DNA of 64,000 bases from an uncultured delta proteobacterium (GTDB lineage Bacteria > Desulfobacterota > RBG-13-43-22). The notes below the pieces were generated by a model, which searched no databases, was not told the DNA's origin, and saw only the letters and a program-made list of their open reading frames with translations. Below, piece by piece: positions 1-7,675 of this stretch (its first letter is position 1; the number at the start of each line of letters is the position of its first letter). The translations under genes were made by a program, and so were the position numbers. Location of the stretch: contig CAVUPH010000006.1 in the NCBI GenBank assembly GCA_963743305.1, positions 160,001 through 224,000 on the forward strand. Direction: 5' to 3'.

Positions 1-665
1 AAGAACTTGAAGATTGCCTGTTGGAAATCAGAAACGATCCCGAATCCTCCGCCCTGGTGCTGACCAGCGCCAACGAGAAGTTCTTCTCTGCCGGTTTTGA
101 TCTCCCCGAACTCTATTCCCAGGAGGTCTCGGGATTCAAGGGATTTTTTCATTCGTTCAACCGGATTTGCCTCGACCTCTACACCCTGCCCCGGCCCACG
201 GTAGCCGCCCTGACCGGCCACGCCGTGGCCGGTGGTTTTATTCTGGCTTCCTGCTGCGACTATCGATTTATGGCCCAGGGGAAAAAATTATGCGGTTTGA
301 ACGAGATTCAAATCGGGGTACCGGTGCCCTACATCGCCGATTTGATTCTCCGCCAACTGGTGGGGGATCGGGCGGCCACCGAGATCATGTACACCGGTAC
401 CCTGGTGCCGGCCGAAAACGCGCTTCAATTAAAATTCCTGGATGCCCTGGTTTCACCCGAAGGACTCCTCAGCGAAGCCGTTTCCAAAGCCCGCACCCTC
501 GGCCGTCTCCCCCGGGCGGCTTTCCAGACCATCAAAACCAATCGGACGGCCGAAATAGCCGCCCTGGGCCGGCAAAAACTGGAGGAAGATGTCCAGACCT
601 TTTTGAAGATGTGGTATAGCGAAGAAGCTCGGGCGCGTTTAAAGGAAGCCATGAAGAAATTTTGA
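1..665 (+). CDS. Enoyl-CoA hydratase/isomerase family protein (5' end probably outside the window)
   Basis: Crotonase motifs FFSAGFDL, GHAVAGGFILA and LNEIQIG. The ORF-track start is a TTG near the window edge, so the N-terminus is likely truncated. Confidence 0.85.
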   Translation, partial: ELEDCLLEIRNDPESSALVLTSANEKFFSAGFDLPELYSQEVSGFKGFFHSFNRICLDLYTLPRPTVAALTGHAVAGGFILASCCDYRFMAQGKKLCGLNEIQIGVPVPYIADLILRQLVGDRAATEIMYTGTLVPAENALQLKFLDALVSPEGLLSEAVSKARTLGRLPRAAFQTIKTNRTAEIAALGRQKLEEDVQTFLKMWYSEEARARLKEAMKKF

Positions 666-833
666 ACCGGCAGAGCGCTGGGTGCGGAGCGCGGGCCGTA
701 AAACGACAATCAAGAAAACAAAACTTACTTGTCGGTTTAGTTCGAGCGTTCCTTTCGCCCTTTGCTCTTTGCCCTTTGCTTTTTCCGCTATGCGCCCTGC
801 GCTTCGCGCTCCGCGCCTTACAGGAGAGGAATT

Positions 834-1364
834 ATGGAAGTCAAAATCGGAGAGACCTTATTCTTTCTGGAGGAGGGTGACATAACCCGACAGGAAACCG
901 AGGCCATCGTTAACGCCGCCAATTCCCGCCTGGCCGGAGGAGGCGGGGTTGACGGGGCCATCCACCGCGCCGGTGGCCCGGCCATCATGGATGAATGCCG
1001 AAAAATCGGGGGCTGCCCCACCGGCCAAGCCGTCATCACCACCGGCGGAAAATTGAAGGCCCATCGCGTGATCCACACCGTGGGGCCTATTTATCGAGGC
1101 GGGACCCATGGAGAAGCCGACCTCCTGGCCAGCGCTTATCTCGAAAGCCTGAAGCTGGCTCGGAAAAACGGCATTCGCTCTCTGGCCTTTCCGTCGCTCA
1201 GCACCGGGGCTTATGGATACCCATTGAATGAGGCGGCGGGGATCGCCTTAAAAACGGTACTAGGGTTCATCAAAGCCGACCCGGTATTCGACCGGGTCGG
1301 CTTCGTCCTTTTCGGCCCTTCTTCCTATCAGGCCTATGAAAGGGCTCTAGCAAATTTGATTTAA
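834..1364 (+). CDS. Macro-domain O-acetyl-ADP-ribose deacetylase (YmdB-like)
   Basis: GDIT, IVNAANSRLAGGGGVDGAIH, VIHTVGP and STGAYGYP motifs. AGGAGAGG RBS before the ATG at 834. Confidence 0.92.
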   Translation: MEVKIGETLFFLEEGDITRQETEAIVNAANSRLAGGGGVDGAIHRAGGPAIMDECRKIGGCPTGQAVITTGGKLKAHRVIHTVGPIYRGGTHGEADLLASAYLESLKLARKNGIRSLAFPSLSTGAYGYPLNEAAGIALKTVLGFIKADPVFDRVGFVLFGPSSYQAYERALANLI

Positions 1365-1465
1365 AAGACGACTCTTCATCGGACGCCGTCCGGATAATTG
1401 TCGCGGGAGGATCTCAGAGAACCCCAATACCCGGTGAAGAAGAGGGGTTCTTTGATGGAGAAGTA

Positions 1466-1885
1466 CTACTTCCCACCGGCAAGTTTTATCTTTTCGGCCG
1501 AAGCCGGGGTAAGGGGCTTGTCGTCTGGTTTGACGTTGTTGGCCTGGAGGGCAAAGGAGATGATCTCCAGGTATTCATTGTCCTTCAAGCTGCCGGGCTT
1601 ATTCGCCGGCATTTTTTTCTTCGCGAACTCATAGGCCTGACCGGCTGTCTTCATTTTCGGTAAATATCCAGGACCGGCTACCGGAGAAACCTTAACGCCG
1701 GCCATTTTGCCGAATTGCTCGGGAACCGTGCCGCCCTCACCATTGGCCCCATGGCATACGGCACAATATTTACCATAAAGCTCCTTTCCCTTTGACGCCT
1801 GCTCAGGGGTATAGGCAAAGGTTGTTGCCACCACCAAAGCCGAAATCATGACACCTAGAATCAACTGCCAAATCTTGTGCGACAT
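1466..1885 (-). CDS. Monoheme cytochrome c, exported
   Basis: Signal peptide, CAVCH heme motif and a distal Met in KKMPANKPGSL. GGAGG RBS. Confidence 0.85.
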   Translation of the reverse strand: MSHKIWQLILGVMISALVVATTFAYTPEQASKGKELYGKYCAVCHGANGEGGTVPEQFGKMAGVKVSPVAGPGYLPKMKTAGQAYEFAKKKMPANKPGSLKDNEYLEIISFALQANNVKPDDKPLTPASAEKIKLAGGK

Positions 1886-1994
1886 GCTGTCCTCCTTTTT
1901 GATTTATGTTCAACAAAACGTTCAGAAACAGAAGAAATTGGCACTAGAGAAAAAACGATACGCAAAAACCTCCACATCGGATCGTCCCCCTCTA

Positions 1995-2243
1995 CTATCT
2001 TCTTCTATGTCTGTAACCTCCAGCGGATTCGCCGACTAAATATCCACCCAGGGCACCTATCCCCGCGCCAAGGGCAGCCCCTCCGAGGGTATTCCCCCCT
2101 ACCAAAGTACTGAACAAAGCCCCACCCCCCGCACCAATGGCTGCTCCGCTTAAGGTTCCCTGTTGCGTTCTAGACATCCCAACGCATCCGCTTAAGGCTA
2201 CCATAAGAACGAGAATAGTTACGGCAATAAAGATCCGTTTCAT
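1995..2243 (-). CDS. Glycine-zipper lipoprotein
   Basis: Lipobox LSGC followed by GAAIGAGGGA and GAALGAGIGALGG repeats. Confidence 0.8.
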   Translation of the reverse strand: MKRIFIAVTILVLMVALSGCVGMSRTQQGTLSGAAIGAGGGALFSTLVGGNTLGGAALGAGIGALGGYLVGESAGGYRHRRR

Positions 2244-2261
2244 TTTTCATCCCCCTTTGGT

Positions 2262-2726
2262 TTAGTTTTCGGGCCTCAATGGGCGCCCGGCGATCCCCGT
2301 GGTTATATTCGGCCTGACCACGGAGTGCCAGAGCACGCCGACCACGGGCTTATCCAAATGGTCCGGATTCGTTTGATAGTATTGGTCGATCAAGGCCACC
2401 GTTTGATTAATAGTAAGCGGCGTTTTATTGTACCCTTCGACGACTTTCGAGGAGAAATTGTCCCTTTTCAAGTCCGGATACTTATTCATTAAGTATTCTT
2501 CGATGGCTACCGTGTGCCAAACTCCCAAAATGAAAGCCATCTTGGAGTCTTCCGTCATCTTTTGCCAGAGCTCTCCGGTCAATACCGTCATGGCGAAGGT
2601 CTTTCCCATTTCTTTGGTCAAGCCCTTCTCCCCGCGCTCCGCGGCCGTTACGTATATCGAAGTTAAGGCGATTCCGATTACGGCGGCGGCCACCACCAAA
2701 TTCCTGGCCATTATTAATTTTCTCAT
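2262..2726 (-). CDS. Hypothetical exported protein
   Basis: 154-aa ORF with a signal-peptide-like N-terminus and a GGGAGG RBS. Confidence 0.7.
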   Translation of the reverse strand: MRKLIMARNLVVAAAVIGIALTSIYVTAAERGEKGLTKEMGKTFAMTVLTGELWQKMTEDSKMAFILGVWHTVAIEEYLMNKYPDLKRDNFSSKVVEGYNKTPLTINQTVALIDQYYQTNPDHLDKPVVGVLWHSVVRPNITTGIAGRPLRPEN

Positions 2727-2989
2727 GACTCCCTCCCCTGAAATTTTTGAAACCTCGCGGCTTTCTTTCCATAGAGAATGCTCATCGCCAGCCCTTGTGG
2801 ATCTTCGATTTATTCTACGATATTATTCTCTATGAATGGTCTTAGATAAATAACGGGAAGTACGTATTTTTCGAACAAATATTATGTATTTCACTGGCCC
2901 ATGGTTCAAGGCTCCAACTTTCGCTGCAAGGTGGACCGTCAAATCAGGTCAGAAGCGCTTAAGCCCTTTATTATCCCTGTTTTTTCTCC

Positions 2990-4594
2990 TTGACCCTTCT
3001 CAAGGCCTATTTTAAACTCTGCCCTAACCGAAAGAAATTCTTATCTAACAAATTGAAGAGACAGACTCATCCCATCTGGTCTTTAGAACCCGGCCAGGCC
3101 GTGCGGCCGGGACGGCCCCATATTATCCTGATTTTCCTCTGGACCAGTATCGCTCTGTTGGTTGGGGAATTGGGTACTTTTTCTATCCCTTTGGTTGAAC
3201 AAGCAAGTCTTTTCTGGCCGGCGATGGTCTTTCAAACTGTAGGCGGATTGTGGTTTGGAGGACTTGGAATTCTCTCCGCCATGATCTTTCCCCTCGTCTC
3301 CAATGCCCTGGGCGGGTTTCCCTGGCCCCAAAACCTAGCCTGGATCGCGGGCAACTTCATCCAGGGTGGATTATTGCGCTTCTATTTTCAATATAAAGGT
3401 TGGGATCCGTCTCTACCTACCGGCAAGGAGATCTGGGCCTTCATCTGGATCGGGGCCATCCTTTCCAATGTCCTGGGCGTGTTGGTCACCATGAGTATCT
3501 TGGGCTTGACTCCCTACGGGTTGCCTTGGTCCAGAAGCCTGACCTACTGTGCCACTTCCATTATCGGCAACGGCCTGCCCTGCATCCTGCTGGGCCTTCC
3601 CCTGTTGAAATATTTTTCACCTTTGGTCGTCAATTCTCCCCTCTTTTTCCCACGGTTATGGCTGACTAAAAGGTCCCCGGATCCGGCACCCGTTTCCTTC
3701 GGCGACTTCCCTATCGTTTTGAAACTGATGATAGGATTTTTTGCCGGGGGCTTTTTCCCCCTGGCCATCCTGGCGGCGTTTTCCGTATCGGAAGAGGAGC
3801 GTCAGTTTAACGTATTTCTAATCCTGGGTTTATTTTTGTGCCTCATTCTTTCAGGAGTTATTGCCAATCATATTAATACACCCCTTAACCGTATCAAGGA
3901 ACGTCTACGTCAAATCGGTGACGGGGACTTTAAAAAAGAGTTCAAGATTGAAAGCCGGGATGAACTGGGCAGGATTGGCGACGGCCTTCAAGAGATGGCC
4001 TTGAATTTGGCCCGGCTTTACGCCGAGCAGGAAGCGCTTTTCTTAGAGACGATCCTTTCCTTGGCCGAGGCCATTGATGCCCGCGATCCTTATACCCGGG
4101 GCCATTCCGATCGGGTCAGTCAGTACGCCTTGAGGACAGCCCAAGCCATGGGCCTTTCCGGAAAAGAGAGCACGGAGATTTACCAGGCGGCCATCCTCCA
4201 TGATATCGGTAAAATAGGAATACGGGAGGACGTTCTGAATTATGACGGCCCTCTGGATCCGGAGAAATACGCCCATATGAAGACCCACCCCGAGATCGGT
4301 GCTCGCATTCTGGGAGTCGTGAAGGATTTCGGGAAAATCCGTCTGATGGTGCGGGCCCATCACGAGCATTATGACGGCGGCGGGTACCCCGACGGATTGA
4401 AAGGCGGGCATACTCCTTTAGGGGCCAGGATCCTAGCCGTCGCCGATGTCTACGATGCCTTGACCACCGATCGTCCTTACCGGGTCGCCTGGAAGAAGGA
4501 AAAGGCATTGCAAACCATCCAGGAAAAAGCCGGGTCCCAATTTGATCCCCAGGTGGTATCCGTTTTCATCTCCATCATGACGGGATCGCAATAA
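2990..4594 (+). CDS. Membrane-bound HD-GYP c-di-GMP phosphodiesterase with a multi-TM (MASE1-like) sensor and HAMP domain; start uncertain
   Basis: Several hydrophobic helices, HAMP (SRDELGRIG), then DPYTRGHSDRV, LHDIGK, HHEHYDGGGYPDG and ADVYDAL. Confidence 0.88.
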   Translation: MTLLKAYFKLCPNRKKFLSNKLKRQTHPIWSLEPGQAVRPGRPHIILIFLWTSIALLVGELGTFSIPLVEQASLFWPAMVFQTVGGLWFGGLGILSAMIFPLVSNALGGFPWPQNLAWIAGNFIQGGLLRFYFQYKGWDPSLPTGKEIWAFIWIGAILSNVLGVLVTMSILGLTPYGLPWSRSLTYCATSIIGNGLPCILLGLPLLKYFSPLVVNSPLFFPRLWLTKRSPDPAPVSFGDFPIVLKLMIGFFAGGFFPLAILAAFSVSEEERQFNVFLILGLFLCLILSGVIANHINTPLNRIKERLRQIGDGDFKKEFKIESRDELGRIGDGLQEMALNLARLYAEQEALFLETILSLAEAIDARDPYTRGHSDRVSQYALRTAQAMGLSGKESTEIYQAAILHDIGKIGIREDVLNYDGPLDPEKYAHMKTHPEIGARILGVVKDFGKIRLMVRAHHEHYDGGGYPDGLKGGHTPLGARILAVADVYDALTTDRPYRVAWKKEKALQTIQEKAGSQFDPQVVSVFISIMTGSQ

Positions 4595-4885
4595 ACGGAC
4601 TCGTTCCCATCTCCTCTTTTTCAACTATCGGTATCACCGGATCCACCTGACCGTTCGATCTACCCCCGATAGCGATCGGCTATTTCCGGGGTCTCGGGTT
4701 GATGAGCCCTATCCCCCAAAGTATTGCCCTTTTTTTCAGGTTATCGGGGAAACGATGAGGCAGACTCACCTGGAGATTACCCCACCATGAAACAACCCTA
4801 AGTAACGATGCCGATCAAAAAGCCAAATTGCTATTCGGATAAAAATAAGATAATATCCTAATCGCTGAATCGACGAAGAGTCCAG

Positions 4886-6454
4886 GTGGTTTCGAGGGTG
4901 AAAATTAAACCGCAGGTTTGGTTTTTATTAGTGGCCTTTGGTTGGGGCGGGTTCCTGTTCATTCATCGGGCGCAGGCCCGGTCCGGCATTTCGTTAATCG
5001 AAAAAAAAATCTCGGCTCCGGTCTTAGCCGACACGGCGGATAATCGTGCGGGGAATTTCCTGGTCATTTTGAACAATCAACCGCAGGGGAAGTGGCCGGC
5101 CGGAATGGAAGGAGATCGAAAACAGAAAAGAAAAAAAATAGTCCAAATCCTGAGGCAGGCGGCGGGGTCCAGCCAGCCAGGGATCACAGCCGAACTGGAC
5201 CTTCTGGGGGCTCATTATCGCCCTCTCTGGATCATCAACGCCATTGCCGTCAAAGGGACCCGAGCGGTGGCGGAAACTATGGCGCTGCGGGAGGATGTCA
5301 CCCGGATCGAATCCGATCGGGCCTTCCCGGTTCTGCCGGAAAGGCCCGGGCTCACGCTGCCGGGCACTCCGAGTAGCCCACCCTGGAACATCCAGATGAT
5401 CAAGGCGCCGTTTCTTTGGGGATTGGGGTTTACCGGGGAGGGTACGGTTTACGCCAACGCCGATACCGGTGCCCAATGGGACCATCCGGCGTTGATAAAC
5501 AAATACCTGGGCTGGAACGGGCAGAGGGCAGATCACGAATATCACTGGTGGGATGCTATCCATGAGGACTTGAGCGGCAACGGGACCAATCCCTGCGGTT
5601 TTTCTTCGCCGGTCCCTTGTGATGATTACGGCCATGGGACCCACACCATGGGCATCGCGGTAGGCGATGACGGAGAAACCAATCAAATCGGCGTGGCCCC
5701 TGGGTCTAAGTGGATCTCCTGCCGAAACATGGAGGAGGGCTACGGAAGGCCTAGCACCTATCTGGAATGCTATCAGTTCTTCCTGGCGCCGACGGATTTG
5801 AATGGCTTGAACCCCGATCCGGAAAAAGCGCCCGAGGTGGTGGGGAATTCCTATAGCTGTTTTACCTCGGAAGGCTGTTCCCCTCATATCCTGCAACCGG
5901 CGCTGGAAATGCTGCGGGCGGCGGGCATTTTCATGGCGGCCTCGGCTGGCAACAAAGGTTCTTCTTGTGAGAGCATCGTGGATCCGCCGGGTCTGGAGGA
6001 CTCGGTAGTGACTGTTGGCGGGGTCAATTCCCTGGAGGGGATTTATGGCCCGAGCGGCCGGGGACCGGTTACGGTGGACGGCAGCAACCGCCTCAAGCCC
6101 GACCTGGTGGCCCCCGGAGAGGGGGTGCTTTCCAGTACCCCCGGAAACACCTATGCCGTTATGAGCGGCACCTCCATGGCAGTCCCCCACGTGGCCGGAG
6201 CAGTGGCCCTGCTCTGGTCGGCCTTTCCATATTTGGCCGGCCAGGTGGAACAAACGGAATCTATTTTAAAGCAGTCGGCTAAAAAAATTATAACGACCGA
6301 GACTTGCGGTGGGATACCGCCCGATCAGTTCCCCAATCCCGTCGTCGGCTCTGGACTGATCGATCTCCAGACGGCCTATGACTTAATCGTCAATCCGTTT
6401 GCCTACCGGACCTGTCTTCCCCTGATTATGGATGGGTATCAAAAAAGTCATTAA
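4886..6454 (+). CDS. Secreted S8 subtilisin-like serine peptidase (bacillopeptidase F-like)
   Basis: Catalytic triad motifs ADTGA, GHGTHTMG and SGTSMAVPHVAG. Signal peptide and propeptide present. Confidence 0.92.
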   Translation: MVSRVKIKPQVWFLLVAFGWGGFLFIHRAQARSGISLIEKKISAPVLADTADNRAGNFLVILNNQPQGKWPAGMEGDRKQKRKKIVQILRQAAGSSQPGITAELDLLGAHYRPLWIINAIAVKGTRAVAETMALREDVTRIESDRAFPVLPERPGLTLPGTPSSPPWNIQMIKAPFLWGLGFTGEGTVYANADTGAQWDHPALINKYLGWNGQRADHEYHWWDAIHEDLSGNGTNPCGFSSPVPCDDYGHGTHTMGIAVGDDGETNQIGVAPGSKWISCRNMEEGYGRPSTYLECYQFFLAPTDLNGLNPDPEKAPEVVGNSYSCFTSEGCSPHILQPALEMLRAAGIFMAASAGNKGSSCESIVDPPGLEDSVVTVGGVNSLEGIYGPSGRGPVTVDGSNRLKPDLVAPGEGVLSSTPGNTYAVMSGTSMAVPHVAGAVALLWSAFPYLAGQVEQTESILKQSAKKIITTETCGGIPPDQFPNPVVGSGLIDLQTAYDLIVNPFAYRTCLPLIMDGYQKSH

Positions 6455-6526
6455 AGGCAGCCCCCGCTGATAACGAAGCAACTAAACCATAGACCTGTAA
6501 CTTATTATCAAAAGGAGGGAAAAACG

Positions 6527-6988
6527 ATGAGACCTGTATTTTTCGGTATTGTTTTCATTTTGGTGGTTTTGGCCGGTCTGCTCGCTTCGCCGGTCTTTAC
6601 CGGCTCTGATCGGGCGATGGCGGCCCCCGATATCTTCGCCAGCCCGGTTCACGGCGGCTGCTACATCGCCGGGCCGTCCGATTGCCGGATACATGTGGAA
6701 CCTTTTACCATCAACATAGCGGCTGGCACGAAATTGGTGCAGTTTCAGTTGGTGGCTATCCAGGGGGGTACCGGCGTTCAAAAGGTAATCTATGATTTTC
6801 GGCCAGACCAATCCAATCCGGCGCCCTCCCTCGGGACTACCTATACGCCCTCACTGGTTACCCAGGACTTCGCCGCTACCTGCGGCCAATCGTATGAGAT
6901 CAGTCTACAGGGCAAAGACACCGGCGACACCAGCGTCTTCAACCTGGGCTTAACCGGCCAGTTCACCTGTCCAACGACCATGCCCTAA
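6527..6988 (+). CDS. Hypothetical exported four-Cys protein (paralogue 1)
   Basis: GGAGG RBS, signal peptide ending AMA, strong similarity to the next gene. Confidence 0.8.
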   Translation: MRPVFFGIVFILVVLAGLLASPVFTGSDRAMAAPDIFASPVHGGCYIAGPSDCRIHVEPFTINIAAGTKLVQFQLVAIQGGTGVQKVIYDFRPDQSNPAPSLGTTYTPSLVTQDFAATCGQSYEISLQGKDTGDTSVFNLGLTGQFTCPTTMP

Positions 6989-7043
6989 TTTCTAACGGGC
7001 CCTTCGGTTATCTGAAGCAACCTAAGACTGAGAGGGGAATTCT

Positions 7044-7534
7044 ATGACCTTAAAGCAGATAGGGAATTTACTGAAAGCGGGGATCTTCTTAGCCCTGGCC
7101 CTGTTGTGGGGATTTTGTCCCCCCAGGTGGCACAGGCCGGGCCGGATATTTTTGCCAGCCCGGTACAGGCCGGCTGCTACCTGGCGAAGAATGACCGCTG
7201 CAAGATCCACGTGGATCCTTTTACAATCAACCTGGCGGCTGGCAAGAAACTGGTGCAGTTTCAGTTGGTGGCTATCCAGGGGGGCACCGGCGTTCAGAAG
7301 GTAATTTATGACTTTCGGCCTGACCAATCCAATCCGGTGCCTCCTTCCGGAAACACTTTCACGCCTTCACTGGTCGCCAAGGATTTCGGCGCCACCTGCG
7401 GCCAGTCCTATGAGATCAGCTTGCAGGGTAAAGATACCGGCGACGCCGGCCTATTCAATCTGGGGTTGACTGCCCAATTTTCCTGTCCCAAGGGAGATTT
7501 CCGGGATTTCCTGCCGTTAATCAACAAAAATTGA
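7044..7534 (+). CDS. Hypothetical exported four-Cys protein (paralogue 2), frameshifted near 7105
   Basis: RBS and ATG at 7044 give the signal-like MTLKQIGNLLKAGIFLALALL. The homologous body (PDIFASPV...) continues in the frame of ORF 7106..7534. Confidence 0.75.
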
Positions 7535-7675
7535 AAGATGCGCAATGGTGCCGTTCCAAAGGTAAACGGCACCCCGTTCATCTGGAGGCCTCAAAACATT
7601 TCCGGGAACTTTTTGGAGCCCTCCCTGCTCTAAACCAGGAAAGAAGTTCATTTCCAAGGTTTAAGGAGGTTCCCG

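Noticed and set aside
834-1364. Macro domain plus sirtuin as a linked ADP-ribosylation or defence system
   Set aside because: The genes are about 55 kb apart and both look like ordinary housekeeping YmdB and CobB types.
4595-4885. Riboswitch or ncRNA between the HD-GYP gene and the peptidase
   Set aside because: Only weak short stems; I could not recognise a c-di-GMP or other riboswitch consensus.
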